A stretch of 63,503 nt of DNA from an uncultured virus (IMG/VR IMGVR_UViG_3300020187_000012) (IMGVR_UViG_3300020187_000012:62001-125503), one strand, 5' to 3'. Positions 46,832-57,136 are shown, counted from the first letter of the stretch. Translations and numbers: made by a program. The notes: generated by a model from the letters alone, not told the origin.

Positions 46832-48657
46832 TGGCAGATTACACTGGAGACAATGCTTGGATACCCAAGGAAGAATCAGCAACAGAATCGACAAAGCTAG
46901 TATGGTCAACTAAAAAAGTTAACGACCTTATGATTGCGATGGACCAGGGTTACCGTCCAAAGATTGCATTACCATTTTATGAAGGTAAGCAATTTTTGAA
47001 GAAGGGTAATATTGTGTTTGAGTACACTGATGAAGAAATTGAAGAATTAGCTAAGTGTGCTAATGATATAGTTTATTTTGCGGAAAAGTATGCCGTTGTA
47101 ATGACTGATGAAGGTATTATGCAGGTAAAACTTCGTGATTATCAAAGGGAATTACTTAAAGATTTTCAGCATAATAGATTTAATATTGTGTTGGCTTCTC
47201 GACAAATGGGTAAAACAGTTACGGCATCAATCTTTAACGCTTGGTATTTAGTGTTTAACTTTGATAAGACTACATTACTTTTAGCCAACAAGTCAGATTC
47301 TACTAAAGAAATTATTGACAAGGCTAAGGTTGTAATGGAAAATTTACCATTTTATATGAAGCCCGGTGTCATTAAGTATGATGTCATGAATGTGAAATGT
47401 GATAACGGTTGTCGTTTAGTTGGTCAATCAACTACTGCAAAGTCAGGTATTGGTTTTACTATTCACAACTTGTATCTTGATGAGTTTGCCCACGTACACA
47501 GTTCTATTGTTGATACATTTTACGAGAACGTTTATCCGACACTATCAGCGTCTAAGGTCTCACGTATCAACATAACTTCAACCCCGAATGGGTTTAACAA
47601 GTTCTATGAGATTTATTCAGGAGCGGACAAGGGTGAAAATGCGTATAAGCCAACACGTATTGATTGGTGGCAGCATCCTGATAGAGACGAAGCTTGGTAC
47701 GAAAGAGAATTAGGTAACTTAGGTTCTGAAGATGCATTTAACAGGCAATATGGTAATGAGTTTGTAAGTTCATCAAATTTACTGTTTAGTCCAGGTACTC
47801 TTAAAAATTTACGTAAAGGTATAAAAGAATACCAACCTTATGATTTAGAAGAGTTTGAAAACATTCATATGGATATGCAGGATTATTTAAAATGGAGCCC
47901 AGACTTTGATCCAGAAGAAGCCGGTGAAGATGGTAGGTACTTTACTTTTTCTGTAGATATTGCAGAGGGTAACGGTGGAGACTATTCAGTTATCAATATG
48001 TTTGAGATTGTGCCGATGGATGAAAATCATATGGATCTTTTACAGAACCCCGGTGCAATGTATGACTTTTTTAAGTTAAAGCAAATAGGCGTCTTTAGGT
48101 CAAATGAACACGTTATTGAAGACTTTGCTAAAATTCTTTATACATTATCTGTAGATATTTTTAATTCAGAAAATGTTAAACTTATTATAGAATACAATAC
48201 ATATGGGTCTATTCTTATAAAGTACCTACAAACATCATTTCCAAGAAGAAATGATTTTGATGAAGAAATGATAGTTAGGTTTAAGCACCGCCACGATGCA
48301 AGAACTCTTAAACCGGGTGTTAGGGTTAAATCTGATAACAAACCGGTAATGTGTCAGAACTTAAAGAAATTAGCTGAACAAAATAGAATATTTTTTGATG
48401 AGAAAAATACAGTTGATGAAGCTTCAATGTTTGGTGTGATGCGAAACGGCTCATACGGTGGACAACATGGTAACGATGATGTTGTAATGACATGTGTTAC
48501 AATTTCTGAATTTTTTGGCACTACAGATTATGCTGATATGGTTGAAGAATTATTAGACGTTATAGACGAAAACCTACATACTAAAATGGAAACCGTTTTA
48601 TATAAAGATTTTGAAGGAGACGGTGATTTACAATATGATATTTATGATTTATTGTAG
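46831..48657 (+). CDS. Terminase large subunit (gp17-like)
   Basis: LRDYQ, SRQMGKT, LDEFAH, TSTPNG, VDIAEG.GGDYS, DDVVM. Confidence 0.96.
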   Translation: MADYTGDNAWIPKEESATESTKLVWSTKKVNDLMIAMDQGYRPKIALPFYEGKQFLKKGNIVFEYTDEEIEELAKCANDIVYFAEKYAVVMTDEGIMQVKLRDYQRELLKDFQHNRFNIVLASRQMGKTVTASIFNAWYLVFNFDKTTLLLANKSDSTKEIIDKAKVVMENLPFYMKPGVIKYDVMNVKCDNGCRLVGQSTTAKSGIGFTIHNLYLDEFAHVHSSIVDTFYENVYPTLSASKVSRINITSTPNGFNKFYEIYSGADKGENAYKPTRIDWWQHPDRDEAWYERELGNLGSEDAFNRQYGNEFVSSSNLLFSPGTLKNLRKGIKEYQPYDLEEFENIHMDMQDYLKWSPDFDPEEAGEDGRYFTFSVDIAEGNGGDYSVINMFEIVPMDENHMDLLQNPGAMYDFFKLKQIGVFRSNEHVIEDFAKILYTLSVDIFNSENVKLIIEYNTYGSILIKYLQTSFPRRNDFDEEMIVRFKHRHDARTLKPGVRVKSDNKPVMCQNLKKLAEQNRIFFDEKNTVDEASMFGVMRNGSYGGQHGNDDVVMTCVTISEFFGTTDYADMVEELLDVIDENLHTKMETVLYKDFEGDGDLQYDIYDLL

Positions 48658-48677
48658 CAACCTTCAAAAATTATAGA

Positions 48678-48685
48678 GATATATA
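48678..48685 (+). promoter_or_regulatory. Putative late promoter GATATATA
   Basis: Recurrent octamer. Confidence 0.7.
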
Positions 48686-48714
48686 CATAAATAAAAAAAA
48701 TATAGTTTAACATC

Positions 48715-51600
48715 ATGGCACTAAGTCCACAACTATTACAATTTAAAAGTTCAGGTGTTTACAGACTGGAATTTGATAAGTCACAAACTTCAAATATTCC
48801 AGCTGATAGAATTAGACTGGTAATAGGTCACTCTAGAAAGGGTCCTTACAACACGCCAACGCTAATTAGCACCACAGAGCAATTTATTGCGGTTTTTGGT
48901 TCAATCGACAAAAACCTAGAAAAAAAGGGGATGTTCTTCCACAGATCAGCGCTTGCTGCTCTAACAAGAGGTCCAATCCTAGCATTAAACGCAGCTAAAT
49001 TAGACAGCAATGATACAATTTCATATGTTGCTCCAGTTTCAAACGGTACAGTAAGTACTTCTGAACTGACAGGTGATAGCGCGTATTACAATTACTTCAA
49101 CACTGAAAAGTTCTGGTCACCTTCTGACGAGGCACTTAATGATGTTGTTGGTGATGGAGCAAATAACATTTTAAGATTTGCTAACATCAAACAAGATAAC
49201 ATAACAGTTATCGTTAGAAAAGCAAAAGAAGTAGCATCATTCGATATTCTTGCAAGAGACTGGTATGGTGAAGGTAATGTACCTTCTTACTTAAATGCTT
49301 TCGATTACATGTCAGATTTCATGGTTGACGTATTTGTATTTAAAGGTGACTTTAATGCATCTGCAATGTCAACTGATCCAGTTTATGGTGAATACTTCAC
49401 AACAGCTGGTTTAAAAATTGACAAATTAGACGAATTTGTAAACTTAAGACAAGTATCTTTACTTGCTAAGTATACTGGTTCATTATTACCAGGTTTTGTT
49501 GACAAAGAAGGTAATTCACTTTACATTGAAACGACTATCAATTCAGAAGCTAGAAGAACAGGTTTATTCTGTGCGGTTAATGAAGATGCAGTTATTGATG
49601 AAACAGGTACTAAAGTTGACTTAGTAGGTCACACAAATACAGCAGGTGTTTCTTATGATGCAATGTCATATTCACTTGGTGCTGATGCAAGAGCATTTGA
49701 CCTTGACGCTGGTTTAGTTTACGCTAAAACTTCTGGAGCATTTGTAACTTATACAGCTTCTCCATCAACAACAACTACTTATACGCCTAATGCAAACGCT
49801 TTAACAACGGGTTCAAATACGACTAATGCTATCACTTTACCGGCACTGCCTTCTATTGCAGGTAGTACATCGGGTAGTTCACCCGCGGCTGGAACTAGAG
49901 ATCAACTTGTTATACCAGGTGCTACAGGTGTTACAAATGACCCAACTGCCGAAACATGGGCTAATACTAATGGTATTTATCTTGGTGATTATTTACTAAA
50001 TGAAGGTGGTGGTTATTCAGAAATTATATCTATCAATGGTGCATCTTCGGGTGGTGGTTCAGTAGTTCTTACTATCGATCATGCGGGTAATGTAAACGAT
50101 GATGTTGCAGCTACTTATGTTGCCACAAGCATTTCTACATATACAATAGCACCTGCTGCTACTGCAACAGTTTCAACTAACACAATAACATTCACGGGTT
50201 TTGATCCAGTTGCTGCTGGAATCACAACTACTGATTTCATACTTGATGCCGCTGGTACTGGTTATGTTGCGGTTACTGCGGTAACTACATCATCAATCAC
50301 GACCTCTGCTGATGTTAATGTCGCTGCTTATACAATAACTGCAGGCGGTAATATCAATACGTATACTTCAAGTGTAGTATCTGCACCAGCTCCAAATCTA
50401 GCATTAGAAGCAGGTCAATATATTATTGCTGAAGAGCCAAACAGAATGGTTAAAGTTATTAGAATAGCTAAATCTACTGTAGGTTCTGATATTGTATATA
50501 AAGTGTATACTTCAGCTGAAGCGGCTACAGTTACAGATATGAAAGGTTACAAGTCTTTTGAAGCTTCAACAGACTATTACGTGACATTCCCAATCAACGG
50601 TGCTGTAATCATAGACAAGCCAAACCCAATTCAATCTGCACTAGATGCGGTAACATTAGGTTCTGGTTTAGCAAACGCTCTTATTGATAAAGATAATATT
50701 TCTTTCAGATATGTTATTGATACATTTGCATCTTTAGATGGTACAACTCTTTTAAACAAAGTACAACTATCAGCACTTGCTAAAGCAAGACAAAATGCAT
50801 CTGCAATCTTAAACGCACCATCAATTGCTGAGTTTAAGAAATCAACAAACCCATCGTTTACTGATGGATTTGGCGCATTTAGTGTTGAATATATTGCAAC
50901 AGGTGGTAATTTAGATAAGAACCCAACTGCACTATATGCTTTACCAAGCATTAATGACGGTGCAAATTATGCGTTCTACTATACTTCACTAGTTGTAAGA
51001 GAAAACAACAAAGATTTCGTTATGCCATCAGCAGCTTACGTATCTAACAACTTTATTGACAAGTACACTGACTCATCTCCATGGGCTATTGTTGCTGGTC
51101 CAAGAAGAGGTTCAATCTCAGGTTCTGGTATTGTTGGTGCTGAATATGCATTTGACAGGTCAGATAGAGATGTACTTGAGCCATTTGGAATCAATCCTAT
51201 TGTATTCCAAAGAGGTGCGGGTCTAACAATTTTAGGTAATAAAACAGCACAACAGTCTGTACAATCAGCGCTTTCTTCAGCTCACGTTAGAGAAGTTCTT
51301 ATTTACATTCAAGACGGTCTTGCTGCAATCCTAAAAGATTATGTGTTTGAATTCAATACACCACAAACTAGATTAGAAATTAAAACTCTAGCAGATTCAT
51401 TTATGGAATCAGTTAAAGCTGAGACTGGTGTGTACGATTTCAAAAACGTAATTGACACAACAAACAATACGAACGAAGTAATAGACGCAAACATTGGTAT
51501 CTTAGATACTTTTGTTGAGCCGGTTAAAGGTTTAGAAATAGTTGTTCAAAGAACAACAGTTTTAAACACTGGTGAAATTGCATCTGGTAACTTCAATTAA
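48715..51600 (+). CDS. Tail sheath protein (gp18-like) with large insertion
   Basis: SGVYRLEFD, KGP.N.P, AGPRRG, INPI, GNKT, FEFN; Thr/Ala/Gly-rich central insert. Confidence 0.92.
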   Translation: MALSPQLLQFKSSGVYRLEFDKSQTSNIPADRIRLVIGHSRKGPYNTPTLISTTEQFIAVFGSIDKNLEKKGMFFHRSALAALTRGPILALNAAKLDSNDTISYVAPVSNGTVSTSELTGDSAYYNYFNTEKFWSPSDEALNDVVGDGANNILRFANIKQDNITVIVRKAKEVASFDILARDWYGEGNVPSYLNAFDYMSDFMVDVFVFKGDFNASAMSTDPVYGEYFTTAGLKIDKLDEFVNLRQVSLLAKYTGSLLPGFVDKEGNSLYIETTINSEARRTGLFCAVNEDAVIDETGTKVDLVGHTNTAGVSYDAMSYSLGADARAFDLDAGLVYAKTSGAFVTYTASPSTTTTYTPNANALTTGSNTTNAITLPALPSIAGSTSGSSPAAGTRDQLVIPGATGVTNDPTAETWANTNGIYLGDYLLNEGGGYSEIISINGASSGGGSVVLTIDHAGNVNDDVAATYVATSISTYTIAPAATATVSTNTITFTGFDPVAAGITTTDFILDAAGTGYVAVTAVTTSSITTSADVNVAAYTITAGGNINTYTSSVVSAPAPNLALEAGQYIIAEEPNRMVKVIRIAKSTVGSDIVYKVYTSAEAATVTDMKGYKSFEASTDYYVTFPINGAVIIDKPNPIQSALDAVTLGSGLANALIDKDNISFRYVIDTFASLDGTTLLNKVQLSALAKARQNASAILNAPSIAEFKKSTNPSFTDGFGAFSVEYIATGGNLDKNPTALYALPSINDGANYAFYYTSLVVRENNKDFVMPSAAYVSNNFIDKYTDSSPWAIVAGPRRGSISGSGIVGAEYAFDRSDRDVLEPFGINPIVFQRGAGLTILGNKTAQQSVQSALSSAHVREVLIYIQDGLAAILKDYVFEFNTPQTRLEIKTLADSFMESVKAETGVYDFKNVIDTTNNTNEVIDANIGILDTFVEPVKGLEIVVQRTTVLNTGEIASGNFN

Positions 51601-51605
51601 TATAG

Positions 51606-51613
51606 GATATATA
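51606..51613 (+). promoter_or_regulatory. Putative late promoter GATATATA
   Basis: Recurrent octamer. Confidence 0.7.
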
Positions 51614-51632
51614 AAAAAAGATTAAAGAAGAT

Positions 51633-52187
51633 ATGCCACTTCCACATTACTCACAAGATCAAACTAGCAAGAAAGGTAGAAACTTTGAAGCAGTGCAACA
51701 GTCACTGTTTGAGGTAACTATTCTTCCACCTGCTGGTGTTCAAGGTGCTAACATGCTTTTACAACAAGTTAACTCGATTTCGGGTCTTGAAATTAACAAA
51801 GCAATTGGTACACAAGAACAGAAGTTTAAATTCGTTACTCGTTCGTTTGCATCTCAACCAGAAAGCACTGCGATTGATTTAGCGATTAACTTTTCACTTA
51901 ACTTAAACGATGCTAACCAAGCATACACTTATAAGACACTAAAAGATTGGTACAATCTTATGTATGACCCAAATACTGGGGCTATGGGTCTTAAGAAAGA
52001 TTATGTTGGTACTATTATTGTTACTCAATTTAACAGAAAGGGTGACATTTTTAGAACAGTAACTCTAGAAGATTGTTTCATTTCATCAGGTCTTCCATTC
52101 CTAGAGGGCGGCGACTATTCAGACGCGGCACCACAAGTTATGGATGTTACTTGGAGATGTGATAACTTTAAAGAAGAGCTAGCATAA
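51633..52187 (+). CDS. Tail tube protein (gp19-like)
   Basis: FEV, W.....D..TG....KKDY, VTWRCD; follows the sheath gene. Confidence 0.88.
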   Translation: MPLPHYSQDQTSKKGRNFEAVQQSLFEVTILPPAGVQGANMLLQQVNSISGLEINKAIGTQEQKFKFVTRSFASQPESTAIDLAINFSLNLNDANQAYTYKTLKDWYNLMYDPNTGAMGLKKDYVGTIIVTQFNRKGDIFRTVTLEDCFISSGLPFLEGGDYSDAAPQVMDVTWRCDNFKEELA

Positions 52188-52210
52188 TTTAATATTAACT
52201 AATAATACTT

Positions 52211-52244
52211 GAGGGCGAGTTTGTATAAAACTCGCTCTCTTTTT
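52211..52244 (+). terminator. Intrinsic terminator
   Basis: gagggcgagttt/aaactcgctctc plus T-tract. Confidence 0.88.
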
Positions 52245-52278
52245 AACCTTACAAAAGATAATATAATATCATCATACT

Positions 52279-52497
52279 ATGGCTTCAAAGCTAACAAATA
52301 AACTACAAGTCCTGTTATCCGAGGAAGAAGTATCAATGCTTAATAGAATTATATTAAACGATGCTATTCAAAACGGACAAAGACCGATATCGATGTCGGC
52401 ATTTATTAGAGAATTAATTAGAACTGAAATAGAATTACGAGACGAAGAAGACAAAATCTTCGGCAAAGAAAAATTAAAACAACTTAAAAAGAAATAA
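52279..52497 (+). CDS. Ribbon-helix-helix-like small protein
   Basis: KLQVLLSEEE...SMSAFIRELI pattern. Confidence 0.55.
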   Translation: MASKLTNKLQVLLSEEEVSMLNRIILNDAIQNGQRPISMSAFIRELIRTEIELRDEEDKIFGKEKLKQLKKK

Positions 52498-52499
52498 AC

Positions 52500-53444
52500 A
52501 TGAGCGAAGATCAAAACATGAAAGATCCATATCAGGATATGGTCGAAGGAAAAGACCAGGAAATTATTAACGAAGTAAAGCAAAATGGTTTAGGTAAAGC
52601 CACTATGTCTAAATTTGTAAATGATACATTAGACGCAGATTCACATTTGGGTTGGATGCATATAGATATTAGTGCACTACCATCTAGGGGTATGTTTTAT
52701 CCTGAAGATGCTGTTATTAAAATTAAAGCAGCAACTGTTGCTGAAATTAGACATTTTTCAACAATTGATGAATCTAGTTTAATAGATATTGACGAAAAGT
52801 TAAATGAAATAGTTAAAGCTTGTATCATGGTATCGTCAAAGTCTAGTAAGTTTGCACCGAAAGATATTTGTGAAGAAGATAGATTTTATATTCTATTATC
52901 TGTAAGAGACCTTACGTTCCCAGAACCTGAAAATACTCTTAAGATTAATCATGAATCTAAAATGGGTACTAAACATGAAGTTGAACTTAAAACTGAATAT
53001 CTACAATACTTTAATATTGATTCAAGTTTAGATAAATACTACAATGAAGAATCTAGAAGATTTTTTATTGAAACCAAATCGTTTGGTACTATTGAAATGA
53101 GACCACCGTCAATCGGTATTATGGAACAAGTTACTAAATATATTAAAGACCGTCAACTTAGAGGTCTTAATATAGACCAGTCACTTTTACAAGTAATGCC
53201 TTTTATAATTACGGACTGGAGATCATTTAATGATAAATCATTATTTCAGCTTGAAGTTGAAATGAATGGATGGGACCATAGAAAGTATTCTTTAATTTAT
53301 AAGCTTGCGGAACAAATGAAAATGGGTATTAAACCAACTATGAAAGTAGATTTAGGGGACGGCGTGGAGGATGTCCCGATTGGGTTTCGTGACGGACTCA
53401 AATCTTTGTTCATTATTCAAGATATCGCTGGAGAACTTCTTTAA
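52500..53444 (+). CDS. gp26-like baseplate hub / tail assembly chaperone
   Basis: LPSRGMFYP, DRFYILLSVR, MRPP motifs; between tube and tape measure genes. Confidence 0.7.
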   Translation: MSEDQNMKDPYQDMVEGKDQEIINEVKQNGLGKATMSKFVNDTLDADSHLGWMHIDISALPSRGMFYPEDAVIKIKAATVAEIRHFSTIDESSLIDIDEKLNEIVKACIMVSSKSSKFAPKDICEEDRFYILLSVRDLTFPEPENTLKINHESKMGTKHEVELKTEYLQYFNIDSSLDKYYNEESRRFFIETKSFGTIEMRPPSIGIMEQVTKYIKDRQLRGLNIDQSLLQVMPFIITDWRSFNDKSLFQLEVEMNGWDHRKYSLIYKLAEQMKMGIKPTMKVDLGDGVEDVPIGFRDGLKSLFIIQDIAGELL

Positions 53445-53670
53445 GACGAAGTTTTATATCTATCTTAAACTACATTTGCAACCGAGTGAATTGGAACAAT
53501 TACCATTTTACGAGTATCATTATTTAGTTAAAGATCTAACAGAGTATTTAAAACAAGAGAAGGATGCTAATGAAAGGCAATCAGCTCAAATAGATGATAC
53601 AAGGTCGACATACAAACAACCTAGTATGCCAAAATTTAATCAACCTAGGGTTAACGTCCCTAAAATATAA
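53371..53670 (+). CDS. Overlapping +1-frame ORF: gp51-like protein or frameshift extension of the chaperone
   Basis: LQPSELEQLPFYEY motif; 74-nt overlap with the upstream gene. Confidence 0.6.
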   Translation: MSRLGFVTDSNLCSLFKISLENFFKTKFYIYLKLHLQPSELEQLPFYEYHYLVKDLTEYLKQEKDANERQSAQIDDTRSTYKQPSMPKFNQPRVNVPKI

Positions 53671-53672
53671 CT

Positions 53673-53709
53673 TTAAGGGTGGGGTTTTACGCCCCGCCCT
53701 TAATTTTTT
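53673..53709 (+). terminator. Intrinsic terminator
   Basis: ttaagggtgggg/ccccgcccttaa plus T-tract. Confidence 0.8.
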
Positions 53710-53712
53710 ATA

Positions 53713-53720
53713 GATATATA
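53713..53720 (+). promoter_or_regulatory. Putative late promoter GATATATA
   Basis: Recurrent octamer. Confidence 0.7.
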
Positions 53721-53753
53721 CAAAAATGCTAAAATCAAACAAGTAATTAATTA

Positions 53754-56264
53754 ATGGCATCAAAGGGTATTCCAACATCTGCTGGTATTGGTAAATTAAC
53801 ACAAAATTCTATTTTAGGTAATAATATACTTTCTAAAATAGAAGGCATTGCTAGTGGTAATGCAGAGAAATTGACTAATATTGATAGTAATGTTAATTCG
53901 ATGTCTACATCGCTTGATAAAATTACTGAATTAATATCTGTTCAAAATAAAATTTTAGAACAAATTAGAGATGTTGTTGTTAGTAAAGGCGGCGAAAAAA
54001 AATCTACGGGTGTTGCTGTTGGTGGTTTTGATTTTAAATCAATAGGTAAATCTGCTAGTAAAGCAATCGGGGCTGGTATTGGTATTGTAGCCATGGCAGC
54101 GGCTATTTCTTTAGCTGCGGGTATTTTTATGATGATACCATCAGCACCCAGTAAAGATATTTTAACTAAATTTGGTATTGCATTAGGTACTGTTGGTGTA
54201 TTAATGTTAATGGCACCCGCATTTTCTAAATTAATAGCGTCGTTAGGTTCTATAAAAAGCACATCAACTATTAGTTATGGTGGTGCGGATATTAGTACAT
54301 CTGGTATTGATATTATGGGTATTGTGGCATCAGTTGGTGGTGCGTTTATTTCATTACTTGCAATGTCCGCTGGAATTGTAGCTTCTGCATCTATTTTACA
54401 GTATATGCCAGCAGACAAAACATTGTACCCTAAATTAGGTATGGCAATATTAGTTGCGGTTGCATTAGTACCTGTGGCTTTTGCATTCACGCAAGTGATG
54501 TCTATATTAGCAAACATGAAATCATCTACTGATTTAGAAGTAAGTGGTATTGGGGGAGGAAGCAAATCGGGTAGTGATATTATGGGTATGGTTGCCGCTA
54601 TTGGTGGAACGTTTATTAGTTTAATAGCAATGAGTGGTGCTATTGTAGCAGCTGCATATATTTTACAATACATGCCAAATGATGAAAGTGTAATGAAAAA
54701 AGCTCTTATTGCTGGTGTAATTGGTTTTGCAATGATTCCAGTTGCATTTGCATTTGGCGCTATTATAGAATCAATGTCAAGTATAGCTTCAAACCCAATG
54801 GCTGTTGCAATTGCAGTCGCAGGTGCAGCTATCGCATTACCATTAATGATGGGTGCTTTAGGTTTAGGTATACATGCTTTAAACGCTACAATGCCAGATA
54901 CTTATCCAGCGCTACCAGAATGGAAATGGTTAGGACAACTTGCGGTACTTGCTGCAATTGGTACTTTAGTATTTTATGGAGTTTCTAAAGCCGTTGCTGA
55001 CCTTAGTGTAAAAGGATTTATAATGACGGCATTGGGTATACCAGTATTATTTGGAGCTTTAGCTGCAGGTATTTATTTATGGAATTTATTGGGTCCAGGT
55101 GCTGATGCTGATTATTCAAATCCAATAGATACTGAATGGGCATTTAAAACTGCAATAGGGTTGTTAGCATTTGTTATACCATTAGCAGCCTTGGCTTTAG
55201 TTTCTAAGATGGGACCGCAAGCATTATTATTAGGAACTCTTGGTATTTCACTATTAATGGGGGCTATTGCAGCGGGTCTTTGGTTATTTGATAAATTTGG
55301 ACCAGATGATCCGGCTGCTGTTGCAACTACTTTTGGAGAAGTAATGTTAGCACCTTTTAATGTTTTAGCAGATACCTTATCTCATTTTATGAATAAAATC
55401 GGTATTGAAAATATGGGGCCTTTAGCATTAGGTCTTACAAAACTTGGTGCTGGTTGGGCTGCGTTTGTAGCTGCTGTAAGTGTTGGTAATGTTGCCCAAA
55501 GTATAGGGAGTTTTGTCAGTGGTAGCATTGATGCGGTTAAAGATTTAGGCAATAGTATTGCAAATCTATGGACGGGTGGTGATTCAGCAGCTGCAGAAAA
55601 TAAGGATACCGCACTGGATTTGATAACTAAAATAGGAAAGAATATAAATGTTATTCAAAAAGCAGGACCTGCGTTAACAGCCATGTCTTCCGCTATGGCG
55701 AAATTCGCAAAGTATACTGAAGATGATTTTGATCCAGTTCATAATATTCTTTTTCAGATGGAAAGGCTTGGTGATCCAGATAGTAGAGCAAAGCGTTATG
55801 GCAGTAGTACAAAGAACGGTGAAAGATATGGTATTGAAAATACTTTAAAGATTTTCGATCGTGCAATAGAAAGTAGTAATAAACTTAGTAATATTCAAGG
55901 TGCGCAAAAAACTAAAGAATTATTTCAAGAACTAAATAATATAATGGCTAACCCTAATAGTTTAGAAGGTATGCGACTTATGATTCAACTATTTATGCAA
56001 ATAGCAACATCTATGGAAGCGGCTGGAGAAGCAATGGATGGTTCTTCTAATGGTTTAGCAACACTTGTAAATGCATTTAATAAGGTAAGTAATAAAATTG
56101 GCGATACTGTCGGTTTGAATTCAAATAATTCTACATCTACACCACAAGTGCCATCTTCTAATAAAGGGCCTAGAGATTTAATTGCAGCTATTAAACGTTT
56201 AGAGACAGTAATGTCAGGTACTCAACGAGTATTGGTCGTTAACCAAGAAGGAACAATAGGTTAA
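53754..56264 (+). CDS. Tape measure protein
   Basis: Ala/Gly-rich, many hydrophobic helices, internal ~90-aa repeat (DIMG.VA..GG.FISL.AMS...V..A.ILQYMP twice); position after chaperones. Confidence 0.75.
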   Translation: MASKGIPTSAGIGKLTQNSILGNNILSKIEGIASGNAEKLTNIDSNVNSMSTSLDKITELISVQNKILEQIRDVVVSKGGEKKSTGVAVGGFDFKSIGKSASKAIGAGIGIVAMAAAISLAAGIFMMIPSAPSKDILTKFGIALGTVGVLMLMAPAFSKLIASLGSIKSTSTISYGGADISTSGIDIMGIVASVGGAFISLLAMSAGIVASASILQYMPADKTLYPKLGMAILVAVALVPVAFAFTQVMSILANMKSSTDLEVSGIGGGSKSGSDIMGMVAAIGGTFISLIAMSGAIVAAAYILQYMPNDESVMKKALIAGVIGFAMIPVAFAFGAIIESMSSIASNPMAVAIAVAGAAIALPLMMGALGLGIHALNATMPDTYPALPEWKWLGQLAVLAAIGTLVFYGVSKAVADLSVKGFIMTALGIPVLFGALAAGIYLWNLLGPGADADYSNPIDTEWAFKTAIGLLAFVIPLAALALVSKMGPQALLLGTLGISLLMGAIAAGLWLFDKFGPDDPAAVATTFGEVMLAPFNVLADTLSHFMNKIGIENMGPLALGLTKLGAGWAAFVAAVSVGNVAQSIGSFVSGSIDAVKDLGNSIANLWTGGDSAAAENKDTALDLITKIGKNINVIQKAGPALTAMSSAMAKFAKYTEDDFDPVHNILFQMERLGDPDSRAKRYGSSTKNGERYGIENTLKIFDRAIESSNKLSNIQGAQKTKELFQELNNIMANPNSLEGMRLMIQLFMQIATSMEAAGEAMDGSSNGLATLVNAFNKVSNKIGDTVGLNSNNSTSTPQVPSSNKGPRDLIAAIKRLETVMSGTQRVLVVNQEGTIG

Positions 56265-56428
56265 TCTTTATTTTACCCTCAGGCATAAAACCATAACTTA
56301 TATGGTGTATATGACCCTTTAGTTTCAAATACAATTAAAAATAATAATAAAGTTTGTACAACTTGTAATATAGTTATACCATTTGGTTTACCAATGGATA
56401 ATATTTGTACAAAATGTCTAATTAGTAA

Positions 56429-56456
56429 GAAACAATCTTAATTTAACACATATAAT
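56429..56456 (+). promoter_or_regulatory. Putative middle promoter GAAACA-N16-TATAAT
   Basis: Recurrent bipartite motif. Confidence 0.7.
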
Positions 56457-56475
56457 AGTTGTTAAATAATTAGAT

Positions 56476-56718
56476 ATGATTACATCAACACATTCACATT
56501 ACGATAGCTCTACGGTCAAGTCAGCAGCTTACAACTACAAACACCAAACTCTTACGGTTCACTTTAATCATGCAACTTATTTATATGAGGGTGTTTCGGC
56601 AGAAGATTGGACTAAATTCGATACGGCAAAGTCTCAAGGTATTGCTCTTAATGATTTCATAAAGGGTAAGTACAACTTTGAAAAAATAAATGAGACAGAA
56701 AAGGTAGCGAATATATAA
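56476..56718 (+). CDS. KTSC-domain protein
   Basis: SSTV...Y.....L.V.F....Y.Y..V....W..F..A.S.G...N..IK. Confidence 0.88.
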   Translation: MITSTHSHYDSSTVKSAAYNYKHQTLTVHFNHATYLYEGVSAEDWTKFDTAKSQGIALNDFIKGKYNFEKINETEKVANI

Positions 56719-56727
56719 GTTTCTTAT

Positions 56728-56755
56728 GAAACAAACTCTAACTTGAGAGTATAAA
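56728..56755 (+). promoter_or_regulatory. Putative middle promoter GAAACA-N16-TATAAA (tRNA operon 1)
   Basis: Recurrent motif upstream of tRNA-Leu. Confidence 0.65.
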
Positions 56756-56811
56756 TTAAGTAAAAAGTTATTTGTTTTTTTGATTACACATTAGAGAATT
56801 TATTCTCGGCT

Positions 56812-56893
56812 GCGGATGTGGTGAAATTGGTAGACACGCTAGTTTTAGGCACTAGTGCTTTACAGCTTGAAGGTTCGAGTCCTTTCATCCGCA
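56812..56893 (+). tRNA. tRNA-Leu(TAG)
   Basis: gcggatg/catccgc acceptor, ctagt-ttTAGgc-actag, long variable arm, GTTCGAGT. Confidence 0.93.
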
Positions 56894-56981
56894 CAAATAA
56901 TATACGAAGGAGTGAAAGAGATTTTACGTCGGCTTAAGGTCATTAGCGCACACTGACAAACAGGTAGCCTTCAAAAGTATT

Positions 56982-57055
56982 GGACTCGTAGCTCAGCTGG
57001 ATAGAGCATCTGCCTTCTAAGCAGACGGTCACAGGTTCGAATCCTGTCGGGTTCA
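56982..57055 (+). tRNA. tRNA-Arg(TCT)
   Basis: tctgc-ctTCTaa-gcaga; GTTCGAATC. Confidence 0.95.
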
Positions 57056-57062
57056 CAAGTAT

Positions 57063-57136
57063 TCCTCCTTAGCTCAGTTGGTTAGAGCATCTGACTGTTA
57101 ATCAGAGGGTCCTTGGTTCGAGCCCAAGAGGAGGAG
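57063..57136 (+). tRNA. tRNA-Asn(GTT)
   Basis: tcctcct/aggagga; tctga-ctGTTaa-tcaga. Confidence 0.95.

Noticed and set aside
56289..56441. Open frame with CTTC...CTKC (zinc-finger-like)
   Set aside because: No convincing start codon upstream of the first CxxC; possibly a remnant, so not called
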